From contig CAWEZH010000002.1 of NCBI GenBank assembly GCA_963813535.1, forward strand, positions 1,184,001-1,248,000: a stretch of 64,000 nucleotides of DNA. Reading direction: 5' to 3'. The notes below the pieces were generated by a model. That model was given only the letters and a program-made list of their open reading frames with translations. It had not been told where the DNA came from and ran no database searches. This DNA comes from an uncultured Chloroflexia bacterium. Its GTDB lineage: Bacteria; Chloroflexota; Limnocylindria; Limnocylindrales; CSP1-4. The position numbers were made by a program, and so were the translations under genes. Every line of letters starts with the position of its first letter. Within the stretch, counting starts at the first letter, position 1. Of this stretch, positions 8,567 to 18,392 are shown one piece after another.

Positions 8567-10243
8567 TCAGTCGGGAGGCGGGACCGAGTATTCGCGCGCG
8601 GCGGTCTCGAGGTAGTCGTCGCGCTGCCGCTCGCACTCGCCCTCGGTCCAGGCGAGCTCGCGCGCCATGATCGCGGCGACCCTCGGCGCGACCGACGTCC
8701 CGCGATCGGGCATCTCCGGGCTGAGCCGGAGGCGCCTGGAGAGCACGTCATCGACCGATAGCGCCAGCTCATGACGGACCGCCCAGGCGACCTCGGCTTC
8801 GAGGAACGGCCGCCCCGCGATCAGCGGTCGCAGCAGGTCCAGCTCGCGACCGAGCGCCGCCACGTCGGGCGCTTCCGCCCCGTGCCGCGCCGCGAGGCGT
8901 GACGCGGCGTCGGGATGCGCAGCCGCGATGGCCGGGATCGCGGCGAGCTCGGCGGCGATCCCGTCGCGCGCGGGCGCGTCGGCTGCGCCGACGAGTGGCA
9001 GCTCGGCGGTCGCGCTGGGCCGCGCACGCGCGCCATCCTGGCCGAGTGCCGCATCGATCGTGTCTCGCGCCATGACGCGATAGGTCGTGTACTTGCCACC
9101 GGCCACCCGGACCACTCCGTTCGGCTCGGCCGTGATGCGATGCTCTCGCGATGCCTTGATCGTCGAGCCACGAGACGGCGCGATCAGCGGGCGCAGGCCG
9201 GCGTACGTGCCGACGACGTCGTCACGCCTCAGGTCGACGTCGAGTGTCGCGTTGACGGTCGCAAGCAGTTCGTCGACCTCGCGACCGCTGGCCGCGACGC
9301 GGCCCGGCGGTCCGTCATATGGAGCGTCGGTCGTGCCGATCAGCCAGTGGTCGGACCATGGGATGAAGAACACGACCCGGCCCGGCACCCGGATCGTGAG
9401 GCCGGTGCTCCCCGGGATGCGGTCGCGGGGCACGACGAGATGCGCGCCGCGGCTGGGCAGGATACGCATCGAGGGACTGGCGAATGGGTGCCCGGGATCG
9501 GCAGCCCACACGCCCGTCGCGTCGACGACCGATCCGGCATGGATCGCGAGCTCACTGCCGCCGAGCAGGTCGGTCGCCGCGACGATCCGCGACGGATCGG
9601 AGCCCCTGTCTGCCCTCAGGCCCGTGGCCCGGACACGCGTGACCGCGACCGGTTCCGGCTCCCTGGCGAGCGCGGTGCGCAGGACGGTCATCGTGAACCT
9701 GGCGTCGTCCTCGACCCCGTCGTGGTACAGCAGCCCGCCGCGCAGCCCGTTCCTCCGCAATGACGGCCAGGCGGCCAGCGAGCCCGACACGTCGAGCCGC
9801 TTGTGCCAGCCACCGTCGTGCCTCGCGCCAAGGACGTCGTAGAGCGTCAGTCCGGCGTCATAGAACGCCTTATGCACGAACGGGAGGCCATAGATCGGGA
9901 AGAGCTGCGGCTCGAGGCTGACGAGATGGGGCGCGTTGCGGAGGAGCCGGCGACGTTCGGCGAGGGCTTCGCGGACCAGCGGCAGGTGGATCTGCTCGAG
10001 ATATCGCAGGCCGCCGTGGATGAGCCGCGACGACCGCGACGACGTGCCGGCCGCGATGTCGTCCTGCTCGATGAGCGCTGCAGTCAGGCCACGCGACGTC
10101 GCATCCAACAGTGCCCCGGCGCCGACGATCCCGCCGCCGACGATCAGGACGTCCCAGGTGGTCTCCGCGAGGCGGGCGAGGTCAGTGGCCCGTCGCTCGA
10201 GTGGAGCCGACCGCGACGCCGGCATCGATGCCGGGGCCGTCAC
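8567..10243 (-). CDS. glpD: FAD-dependent glycerol-3-phosphate dehydrogenase/oxidase
   Basis: GGGIVG, GTSSRSSRLIHGGLRYL, AGLRPL and GGKYTTYRVMA; GTG start overlaps the upstream stop. Confidence 0.92.
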   Translation of the reverse strand: MTAPASMPASRSAPLERRATDLARLAETTWDVLIVGGGIVGAGALLDATSRGLTAALIEQDDIAAGTSSRSSRLIHGGLRYLEQIHLPLVREALAERRRLLRNAPHLVSLEPQLFPIYGLPFVHKAFYDAGLTLYDVLGARHDGGWHKRLDVSGSLAAWPSLRRNGLRGGLLYHDGVEDDARFTMTVLRTALAREPEPVAVTRVRATGLRADRGSDPSRIVAATDLLGGSELAIHAGSVVDATGVWAADPGHPFASPSMRILPSRGAHLVVPRDRIPGSTGLTIRVPGRVVFFIPWSDHWLIGTTDAPYDGPPGRVAASGREVDELLATVNATLDVDLRRDDVVGTYAGLRPLIAPSRGSTIKASREHRITAEPNGVVRVAGGKYTTYRVMARDTIDAALGQDGARARPSATAELPLVGAADAPARDGIAAELAAIPAIAAAHPDAASRLAARHGAEAPDVAALGRELDLLRPLIAGRPFLEAEVAWAVRHELALSVDDVLSRRLRLSPEMPDRGTSVAPRVAAIMARELAWTEGECERQRDDYLETAAREYSVPPPD

Positions 10244-10470
10244 CGGTCGCTGTCGATCGGTCGCCCATGGGCGATCCGCCACAGGAGCCAGCCGGTGCCG
10301 ACGATGAGCACGCCGATCAGGACCGGCCCGTCGTAGATCGCGCGCTGGAGGGGCGCCGGCAGCAGGCCGGTCACCAATGCCGCACCGAGGACGACAGCGA
10401 CGACACCCGCCGCGACAAGGGCGACCTGCGGCCAGCCGGGCTGCCGGCGGGGCGTCCCGGGCTCAACCAC
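10240..10470 (-). CDS. small two-TM membrane protein
   Basis: hydrophobic ORF overlapping both neighbours in the nnrE-glpD operon. Confidence 0.65.
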   Translation of the reverse strand: MVEPGTPRRQPGWPQVALVAAGVVAVVLGAALVTGLLPAPLQRAIYDGPVLIGVLIVGTGWLLWRIAHGRPIDSDR

Positions 10471-11266
10471 GGTCGGCCTCGACAGGGATGCCGATCGGGG
10501 CGACCAGGATCCTGCCGGCATGCGCCGCACCGCGCCGTGCCAGCAGTCCAGTCTTCGGTCGATGGAAGGTGACCGTCAGATCGGCTATCACGGCGGGGTC
10601 GGATGGTTCGCCGCTCGAGAGGTCGACGGCTGTCGGGGTGTCGACGGCGACGACCGGGATGCCGGCGCGGTGGGCGCGATCGATGACCTCGACGGCGGTC
10701 CGGATCGGTTCCCGAAGGGGTCCGCGAACGCCGGTCCCGAGCAATGCGTCCACGATGACGGCAGCCTTGTCGATCCCCTGACCGAGCACCGCGACGTCGC
10801 GTGCCACCGGGGCATGGACCTTGGTGATGCCCTTGTCCTTGGCGATGCGATCCCAGTTCTTGGCCGCCGCGGCGCCAACAGGTCGAGCGTCGGTGGCGAC
10901 GACGGCGACCACGACCCTGCCGCCGTGCAAGGCAAGCCGACGGGCGGCGACGTAACCGTCGCCTCCATTGTTGCCTGGCCCCGCCAGGATCACGATCGGG
11001 CCGGTGCCCCAACGCTCGGTGTCGACGGCGAGCGCCTTGACGGCTGCGGCGACGGCCGTACCGGCGTGCTCCATGAGCCGATCCTCGCTGATGCCGAGTG
11101 CCTGTGCGCGTCTGTCGGCGCCGCGCATGGCTTCCGCCCCGATCGGCGACGCTGCTGCGCGGTCGGCCCATCGGTGACGGAGACCCCGGAGGTCGAGGTC
11201 GAAGAGCGTGGGATCGTCGGCGGGCAGCGGTATCGCGGTCCCGCTTGCCGCCGGACTCGTTGACAT
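10463..11266 (-). CDS. nnrE: NAD(P)H-hydrate epimerase (stand-alone YjeF_N)
   Basis: LMEHAG, GPGNNGGDG, DALLGTG, AVDTPT and ADLTVTF motifs. Confidence 0.9.
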   Translation of the reverse strand: MSTSPAASGTAIPLPADDPTLFDLDLRGLRHRWADRAAASPIGAEAMRGADRRAQALGISEDRLMEHAGTAVAAAVKALAVDTERWGTGPIVILAGPGNNGGDGYVAARRLALHGGRVVVAVVATDARPVGAAAAKNWDRIAKDKGITKVHAPVARDVAVLGQGIDKAAVIVDALLGTGVRGPLREPIRTAVEVIDRAHRAGIPVVAVDTPTAVDLSSGEPSDPAVIADLTVTFHRPKTGLLARRGAAHAGRILVAPIGIPVEADRG

Positions 11267-11300
11267 GGCCCGCCAAGCGTAGCCGACGGACGCGGGAGCC

Positions 11301-12206
11301 TCAGCCAGTTGCCAGGCGGGCGTGGACGGTCTCGGTGTCGGCACGGCGGAGCTCGACCATCCCCTCGCCCGCGAGGGCGGCCGCCGCGCGATGGACGCGG
11401 TCGAGGTCGTGCGCGCCGATCGGCGCATCGAGCGCGACCCAGTCGCTTCCGGGCGCGTCGCGGAGTCGGTCGAGGATGCGTCCCCGAAGCCAGCGGGTCG
11501 TGGCCGGGAACGGCGTCGGCGCTCGTCCGGGCCTGATCGCGGTCTGCGGAGGCGGCTCCGCGGGCTCTTGCGCCGCATACCGACACCAGGCCCGCACCGG
11601 GCAGTCGCCGCATCGGGGCGTACGCGGGCGGCAGACGGTCGCCCCCAGGTCCATCAGGGCGTGCGTCCACGTTGCGGGATCACCCGTGGCGACCACGCCG
11701 TCCGCGAGAACCTGCACGTCGCCCGCGGGTATGCCTTCCGCGCCACCCACGAACCGACCGATGATCCGGCGCACGTTGACGTCGACCGCCCCGACACGCA
11801 AACCGAACGCGATGGCCGCGACGGCGCGAGCGGTGTAGGGACCGACGCCCGGCAGGGCCTCGAGGGCTTCGACCGATGCGGGGACGCGTCCGCCGTGCTC
11901 GTCGCAGATGATCTTCGCCGCCCGCCACAGAGCGAGCGCGCGCCGGTCGTAGCCGAGACCCTGCCACTCGCGAAGGACGTCGGCGGGCGCGGCAGCTGCC
12001 AGCGCCTCGACGGTCGGGAAGCGCTCGATGAAGCGCTCCCAATGCGCTGCAGCGCGTTCGGCCTGGGTCTGCTGGGCCATCGCCTCGGAGACGAGGACGG
12101 CGTACGGGTCGCTGGTCCTGCGGAAGGCGAGTGTCCGGCCATGCCGCGCGTACCAGCGGAGGATCGCCCGACGCGGCGCCGACGCGAGAGCGACCGACTC
12201 GTCCAC
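11301..12206 (-). CDS. mutY: A/G-specific adenine glycosylase, without a NUDIX-like C-terminal domain
   Basis: VSEAMAQQT, WQGLGY, LPGVGPYTA HhH, VDVNVRR and CRPRTPRCGDCPVRAWC FeS motif. Confidence 0.92.
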   Translation of the reverse strand: MDESVALASAPRRAILRWYARHGRTLAFRRTSDPYAVLVSEAMAQQTQAERAAAHWERFIERFPTVEALAAAAPADVLREWQGLGYDRRALALWRAAKIICDEHGGRVPASVEALEALPGVGPYTARAVAAIAFGLRVGAVDVNVRRIIGRFVGGAEGIPAGDVQVLADGVVATGDPATWTHALMDLGATVCRPRTPRCGDCPVRAWCRYAAQEPAEPPPQTAIRPGRAPTPFPATTRWLRGRILDRLRDAPGSDWVALDAPIGAHDLDRVHRAAAALAGEGMVELRRADTETVHARLATG

Positions 12207-12300
12207 GGCTCGCAGGATAGTGCCGGTGCACCGGCCGGTGAGGGCCTGATGAGCGCAGCCGCGTACGATGACCGCGCAAGTCCGAGGGAGGTCCCGAGTG

Positions 12301-13014
12301 ATGGCCGTCGACGTCCGCCGCTTCACCGGCTTCAGCCCGGATGCGATCGACTTCCTGGCGGAGCTCGCCCAGAACAACGACCGCAGCTGGTTCCAGCCCC
12401 GCAAGGCCGAGTACGAGTCGCTCCTGAAGGAGCCGATGGAGGCACTCGTCGCGGGCCTCGCCGACGCGTTTGCCGCCCGAAAGCTGCCCATGCAGGCCGA
12501 CCCGAAGCGGTCGATCTTCCGGATCTATCGCGACACCCGGTTCGCCAAGGACAAGTCGCCCTACAAGACCCACCTCGGCGCGTCGTTCCCGTGGGTCGAG
12601 CGCAAGGATCCCGAGGCGGACTTCTCGCACACCGAGCACGCCAACGGCGCGTACTTCCATCTCCAGCCGGGCAACAACTACGTGGGCGGCGGCATGTGGC
12701 ATGCGACCAAGCCACGATTGGACGCATTCCGCCAGGCCATCGTTGCCGACGAGGGGAGGGTGCGGGCTGCGCTCGAGGAGCCCGCGTTCCTGGCCGAATT
12801 CGGGCCCGTCGAGAGCCACGACACGCTCAAGCGCGTGCCGCCGGGCTATCCGGCCGACCACGCGCTCGCCGACCTCTTCCGCTACAAGGACATCGTGTTC
12901 GGTCGTCGCCTGGCGGACGACGAGGTCTACTCACCGGCGCTCCCCGACATCCTGGCCGACGCCTATGCGAGGGCGACGCCCGTGTTCCGTTTCCTGTCCA
13001 CCCTGGACGCCTGA
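12301..13014 (+). CDS. DUF2461 (TIGR02453) family protein
   Basis: FLAELAQNNDRSWF, RIYRDTRFAKDKSPYKT and LKRVPPGY motifs. Confidence 0.9.
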   Translation: MAVDVRRFTGFSPDAIDFLAELAQNNDRSWFQPRKAEYESLLKEPMEALVAGLADAFAARKLPMQADPKRSIFRIYRDTRFAKDKSPYKTHLGASFPWVERKDPEADFSHTEHANGAYFHLQPGNNYVGGGMWHATKPRLDAFRQAIVADEGRVRAALEEPAFLAEFGPVESHDTLKRVPPGYPADHALADLFRYKDIVFGRRLADDEVYSPALPDILADAYARATPVFRFLSTLDA

Positions 13015-13017
13015 GGC

Positions 13018-13959
13018 GTGCGGTTCGGCGCCGCCTTCTGGATCCAACGGACCGGTTGGCCCGATCTTCGGGATGCTTGCCTCGCGGTGGAACGAGCCGG
13101 GTGGGACTCGCTCTGGCTCGACGACCACCTGATGTCGGACGAGGGAGTCTGGGAGGACGCCAAGCTCGAGGGCTGGGCTGCGCTCCAGGCCGTCGCGTCG
13201 GTCACGTCGCGTGTTCGGCTCGGCTTGCTCGTGTCGTCGACGACCTTCCGCAACCCCGGGCTCATCGCCAAGCTCGCAACGACGCTCGATCACGTGTCGG
13301 GCGGGCGGTCGGTACTGGGGCTGGGCGGCGGCTGGTTCGCACGGGAGCACGACGCCTTCGGCATGGACTTCGGGAGCGGTTTCGGTGAGCGGCTCGACCG
13401 TCTGGACGAGGCGACGATGCTCATCCGCCGATTGCTCGACGGCGAGCGTGTCACGCACAAGGGTCGGTTCTACGAGATGCATGACGCCCTGTGCGAACCG
13501 CGCCCACGACAGACCCGACTGCCGATCCTGATCGGCGGGTCAGGACCGACGAAGACATTGCGGACCACGGCCCGGTATGCGGACCTGTGGAACGGGTACG
13601 GAGAGCCGGACCGCATCGCGGCGGTCTCCGACATCCTTCGGACCCGCTGTGAGGAGGTCGGCCGCCGGTTCGAGGACATCGAGCGGACCGTGACGCTGCA
13701 TGCCGTGCTCCGCGACAGCCGAGCCGCCGCGGTCGAAGCCTGGACGCCGATCGCGGACCGGCACGGTCTCGTCGGCCGCCTCGGAGCGGATGGCACCGAA
13801 CGGGACCTACACATCGGCGGGTCGCCTGCTGAGGTCGCCACGTACCTCGACGGATACCGCCGGATCGGCATCGGCGAGGTGACCTTCGTGTTCCGCCATC
13901 CGTTCGACCTCGAGACGATCGAGCGTCTCGGTGATGTCCGGGCGGCGCTCGGGGACTAG
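13018..13959 (+). CDS. LLM-class flavin/F420-dependent oxidoreductase
   Basis: WLDDHL, TLDHVSGGR.VLGLGGGW..EH and ILIGGSG motifs. Confidence 0.9.
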   Translation: MRFGAAFWIQRTGWPDLRDACLAVERAGWDSLWLDDHLMSDEGVWEDAKLEGWAALQAVASVTSRVRLGLLVSSTTFRNPGLIAKLATTLDHVSGGRSVLGLGGGWFAREHDAFGMDFGSGFGERLDRLDEATMLIRRLLDGERVTHKGRFYEMHDALCEPRPRQTRLPILIGGSGPTKTLRTTARYADLWNGYGEPDRIAAVSDILRTRCEEVGRRFEDIERTVTLHAVLRDSRAAAVEAWTPIADRHGLVGRLGADGTERDLHIGGSPAEVATYLDGYRRIGIGEVTFVFRHPFDLETIERLGDVRAALGD

Positions 13960-14939
13960 GGTCCGACTTCCACCGCAGAGGCACGCTCCCAGAGCGCCAG
14001 AGCGACGAGTTCCGAGACTGCCGACTGGACGATCGCTCGCTCGATCGGGCCGTCTACGACAGGCATGTCGATCGTCAGAGCGGCGCCCTCTACGCCGGGC
14101 CCGACGACCACCGTCTCGCCGCCGCGTCGCCGGATCGTGGCGACGACCTCGGGATCGGCCGCGGATCCTGCGAACAACAGCGCCCGATGTCCGGGCAGTG
14201 CCAGGTAGATGCCCGTGTGCAGCCAATCGGCCGTGTCGTGTGCCACGGCCGGCAAACGCGGCGCCTCGCGCAGCATCAGCGCTCCCTGGTGGACGAGCGC
14301 GGCATCGACATCATCACCGAGGACATCGATGGCGGCGGCGCCGTCGAGGACGTCGGCCGCAGGTCCGAGCCACGCATCCCGGCCATCGAGAGCGGTCTGC
14401 AGCGCGTCCACGGTCGGACCCAGGCTGGAAGCCGTCGTGCCTTCTCCTGTCCACCGCCCGACGAGCATCCCCAGCGCGGCGACCGTGGCTCGGAATGTCC
14501 GGGTGGCGATGCCCGAACCCTCCTGGCCTGCCAGCAGCGGCAGGACGATGTCCGCCTCGGTCGCCAGTGGGGAGCCAGGGTCGTTCGTGACGGCGATCAC
14601 CCGGCCCGGTCCGCGATTCCGCCGGGCCGTGTCGATGACCTCGGCGGTCCGTCCCGATGCCGAGATCGCGACGAGCACCTGGTCCCCGGCAGGCGCCGTC
14701 CGCGACGACGAGGTCGACGCGTACTCGGCCCAGGCCGGCAGGCCCGCTTTGCGAGCGACTGCGGCCGCTGTCAGCGCCGCGTACCGCGAGCTGCCGAGAC
14801 CGGAGAACACGATCCGGGACGGTGGATCACCGATCCCTTCGAGCGGACCGTCAGACGCCGCGTAGGCCGCAAGCAGCCGGCCGAGCGCGGCCGGGACGGA
14901 TCCGATGTCGTCTCGCAGCGCCGTGACGCGGTCGGTCAC
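13956..14939 (-). CDS. double-SIS-domain sugar-phosphate isomerase/deaminase (GlmS-C, NagB-II or FrlB-like)
   Basis: GLGSSRYA, ISASGRTAE, GALMLREA and WLHTGIY; GTGA overlap with the kinase. Confidence 0.85.
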   Translation of the reverse strand: MTDRVTALRDDIGSVPAALGRLLAAYAASDGPLEGIGDPPSRIVFSGLGSSRYAALTAAAVARKAGLPAWAEYASTSSSRTAPAGDQVLVAISASGRTAEVIDTARRNRGPGRVIAVTNDPGSPLATEADIVLPLLAGQEGSGIATRTFRATVAALGMLVGRWTGEGTTASSLGPTVDALQTALDGRDAWLGPAADVLDGAAAIDVLGDDVDAALVHQGALMLREAPRLPAVAHDTADWLHTGIYLALPGHRALLFAGSAADPEVVATIRRRGGETVVVGPGVEGAALTIDMPVVDGPIERAIVQSAVSELVALALWERASAVEVGP

Positions 14940-16337
14940 GCGGCGTCCTCGAACAGCGAGCGCATGCCCTCGGTCGGGGCGTACAGCCACGCGGGCAGGT
15001 ACGTTGCGGCGTACGCGAACTCGTGCAGCTCCTTGTCGACCTCGAAGGCGTGGAGCAGGTCCGCGTCGACGTCCGCCCGGTACGCCTCGAGGAACCGCTC
15101 GCGTGCGCGGAGGATCCAGGCGTCGAGGTCCAGCCCCGGCCGCGACAGCGGCCCGCCGTTGGCCGCCTCCGCGCGCCGACGCGCGCTTCGCGCGACGTGG
15201 TCGAGCGACCGCAGCATCGAGGCCACGTCGCGCAATGCCGGTCGATGGGCGCGACGGGCCTCCGGAGAGCTCATTGGCTCGCCCTCGAAATCGACGATGC
15301 GGAAACCATCAGGTGCGATGAGCACCTGGCCGAGGTGGTAGTCGCCGTGCGCGCGGACCACCTGCGGCGCGGTCGGCAGGGCGTCGATGACGCTGATCGA
15401 CTCGGCGATCCGGGGCGCGAGCTCGCGCAGGAGGTCGGCGGCCTCGCCGGTGGCGAGATCGAGCGCTGAACCGAGGTGCCGGTGGGCGTCGGCCGCCCAC
15501 GATCGCACCTCGTCCCGGGTCGCCTCGCGTGGTGCGATGTCGGGGAGACCGTGCCCGTCCGCGACGGCCTCGTGCAGACCCGCGGTGAGCGTCCCGAGGT
15601 CGGCGGCGATCTCCGTCGCGAACTCGACGCTGACCTGACCGCGCGACGTGAGCCATCCCGACGAGCATCCCGGCGATCGACTCGAACCCATCGGCGCCGT
15701 CGGCCACGAATTCCTCGAGCATCGCGACCGTCGTCGGTTCGCCGGTTCGGGCGACGACCTCGGCGAAGCCCGCGAGGCGGGGCACGGCCGAAAAGCCCGC
15801 CTCCTCACTGAGGAACGCGGTCATCTCGAGGTCGGGGTTCAGACCCGGCTGGAGCCGGCGGAAGGCCTTGAGCAGGAGCGCGCCACCCAGGACGACCGAC
15901 GTGTGCGACTGATCGGCGCCAAGATCGCGCTCGGGACCGGGCCCCTCGGGCGCGAGACCGGCCAGGGCGCGAGCCGGTCGGCACACGAGCGCCGCGCTCG
16001 GCGGCGCCTGCGGGTCGCCCTCGGCCGGCAGCGACGGGATCGCCCGCCCCTCCGCCATCGCCACGGCCAATGCCCGCCACGACCCATCACCCGGAACGGC
16101 CGGTCTCAGCGACTCGCCGGTCAGCGCGAGCGTGTACGCCTGCCGGCTGCGGTCATCGAGCGTGACCGTCGCCAGCGCGAGGACGTGCGGACCCGATCCG
16201 TCGAGGGTGAACGCTTCATCGAGCTCGATGCCCCGGATCGAGCGGCCCTTGGCGCCGAACCAGCGCTCACGCGTGATGGCATCGAGGTCGAGGGCCGCGA
16301 CCGCCGCCGCGACCTCGGCGCGCGTGGGACTGGCGAC
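14936..16337 (-). CDS. maltokinase/glucosamine-kinase-like phosphotransferase (APH fold), +1 frameshift at ~15658, no canonical start codon
   Basis: RWFGAKGR N-terminal cap, DQSHTSVV, LLKAFRRL, HGDYHLGQVL, DFEGEP, RDVASMLRS and DKELHEFAY. Confidence 0.82.
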
Positions 16338-16338
16338 C

Positions 16339-17790
16339 TCAGGTCCCCGTGTTGATCATCACGTGCTTGACGAACGTGTAGTCCTCGAGCGCGTACTTCG
16401 AGCCGTCCTTGCCGTAGCCGGACTGCTTCACCCCGCCGTGCGGCGTCTCCGACGCGAGTGTGAAGTGTTCGTTGATCCAGACGTGTCCGAAGTCGAGCGC
16501 CTTCGCGACGCGCATCGCCTTGCCGATGTCGCTCGTGAAGATCGACGATGCGAGGCCATAGGGCGTGTCGTTCGCCCACTTGACGGCCGTCTCTTCGTCG
16601 CTGAACCGCTGGACTGTGACGACAGGGCCGAAGACCTCGTCCTGGACGATCTCCGACTTCTGGTCCGGGCCGGCGATGACGGTCGGCTCGTAGTACGCCC
16701 CGGGCCGGTCCGGGCGGTTGCCGCCGACCACGACCTCAGCGCTACCGCGGGCGCGGTCGACCATCCCCGATACCTTGTCGGCCTGGGCGGTCGCGATGAG
16801 CGAGCCCATCTCGATGTCGTCGCCCTCGGCCGGGTCGCCCCATTTGATCGAGCGGACCTGGTCGGACAGGGCCGACACGAAGCCGTCGTAGACCTTCGGG
16901 CCGGCGATGACGCGTGTCGCCGCGGTGCAGTCCTGGCCGGCATTCCAATAGCCGGCCGACCTTAGCGTCTCGGCCGCAAGGTCGATGTCCGCGTCGTCGA
17001 AGACGATGATCGGCGCCTTGCCGCCAAGCTCCAGGTGCAGGCGCTTGACGGTGTCGGCTGCGATCTTGGCCACCCGCTTGCCGGTCACCGTGTCGCCGGT
17101 GATCGACACCATGCGGACCTTCGGATGACCGACCAGGGCGTCACCGATATCGCCCCCCGAACCGGACAGCACGTTCACGACGCCCGGCGGCAGGATCTCG
17201 GCGAGGATCTCGGCGAACGCCAGGGCGCTCAGCGGCGTGCGCGCCGACGGCTTGAGGACGACGGTATTGCCGGTCGCCAGCGCCGGACCGAGCTTCCATG
17301 TCGCCATGTAGAGCGGGTAGTTCCACGGCGCGATCGACGCGACGACGCCGATCGGGTCGCGCCGGATGATCGAAGTGTGACCGGCGAGGAACTCGTTCGC
17401 GGCGAGGCCGTCCATGACCCGAGCGGCACCCGCGAAGAAGCGGAACAGGTCGACGCTCGTCGACATCTCGTCGATCGCCGCGCCGACCGGCTTGCCGGCG
17501 TTGGCGCTCTCGATCCGCCCGAGCTCATCGGCCTTTGCCTCGAGCGCGTCGGCGATCTTGAGCAGGTATAGGGACCGATCCTGCGGCGTCGTCTGCTTCC
17601 ACGACTCGAAGGCGGTCGCCGCGGCGTTCACGGCGCGGTCGACGTCCTCCTGGGAGCTCGCCGGGACGTTGGCGATGACCTGGTCGTTGGCCGGGTTGAT
17701 GACCTCGGCGGTCCTGCCGTCCGCGGCACCGACGAAATCGCCGCCGATGAACTGCTGATAGGTCTTGGCTCGTTCGAGCGTCTCGGTCAC
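16339..17790 (-). CDS. patD: gamma-aminobutyraldehyde dehydrogenase (ALDH)
   Basis: PWNYPL, LELGGKAP, NAGQDCTAATR, EVFGPV and SGYGKD...LEDYT. Confidence 0.85.
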   Translation of the reverse strand: MTETLERAKTYQQFIGGDFVGAADGRTAEVINPANDQVIANVPASSQEDVDRAVNAAATAFESWKQTTPQDRSLYLLKIADALEAKADELGRIESANAGKPVGAAIDEMSTSVDLFRFFAGAARVMDGLAANEFLAGHTSIIRRDPIGVVASIAPWNYPLYMATWKLGPALATGNTVVLKPSARTPLSALAFAEILAEILPPGVVNVLSGSGGDIGDALVGHPKVRMVSITGDTVTGKRVAKIAADTVKRLHLELGGKAPIIVFDDADIDLAAETLRSAGYWNAGQDCTAATRVIAGPKVYDGFVSALSDQVRSIKWGDPAEGDDIEMGSLIATAQADKVSGMVDRARGSAEVVVGGNRPDRPGAYYEPTVIAGPDQKSEIVQDEVFGPVVTVQRFSDEETAVKWANDTPYGLASSIFTSDIGKAMRVAKALDFGHVWINEHFTLASETPHGGVKQSGYGKDGSKYALEDYTFVKHVMINTGT

Positions 17791-17907
17791 GGAACGCCTC
17801 CTCGCGCGAGTGACGGGATCGGGTCGGAAGTGTTGGTCATCGTAGTCCCGCGCCGGTGGTCCGTCCCGCAGCGTGGGCGACGATGGCCTCGATGTTCTGG
17901 AGATACG

Positions 17908-17956
17908 AAAAGCGGTGCCCCGGCGGGGAGGAGGGGAATTCCGCCGATGACACCGC
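17908..17956 (-). terminator. rho-independent terminator with a CU-rich (anti-SD-like) loop
   Basis: minus strand GCGGTG-tcat-CGGCGG[AATTCCCCTCCTCC]CCGCCG-ggg-CACCGC-TTTT downstream of the DUF6582 gene. Confidence 0.65.
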
Positions 17957-18005
17957 CCGGTGCTGCGGCAACGGGGTGCCGCGTGAGGTTCGTCGCGTTC
18001 AGTCG

Positions 18006-18263
18006 CTAGCTCGTTCTAACCGGTTTGGCGACGTTCGAGTCCTCGTCGACGTCGATGCCATGGCGCTTGGCCGCAGAGAGGATCTTCTTGCGGGCGCGCT
18101 CCTTGGCGGCACGGCTCTCGAAGTCGGTCTGGTTGAAGCGCGCGATCGCGTTCCGGACGTGCGACTCGTCGTTGATCGGGAGGTGCTCGCCGCCCTCCTT
18201 GTCGACGTACGCGAACTGGTTCGAACGAAGGTCGTCTCGATCGTCAGCGTCAAGCGTTGCCAT
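18006..18263 (-). CDS. DUF6582-like small protein
   Basis: L..DDRDDL...QFAY, LPINDESHVRNAIARF and AAKRHGI; GAGAGG SD. Confidence 0.8.
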   Translation of the reverse strand: MATLDADDRDDLRSNQFAYVDKEGGEHLPINDESHVRNAIARFNQTDFESRAAKERARKKILSAAKRHGIDVDEDSNVAKPVRTS

Positions 18264-18392
18264 GGTCATACCTCTCGGTATCTGGACTCTCTTGACCACG
18301 AGCGTCGCACCAACGAGGTGACCAAGGGTCCGGCCTCGCCCGGTCGGCTCCTTACAGGGTCGTTGCGTCGAGGTTCGCCATGCAGCGCGACG

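Noticed and set aside
11322-13388. Long alternative-frame or antisense ORFs (688 aa here; also 18916-21216, 27982-29517 and others)
   Set aside because: Arg/Pro/Gly-rich shadow ORFs expected in ~70% GC DNA, overlapping well-supported genes
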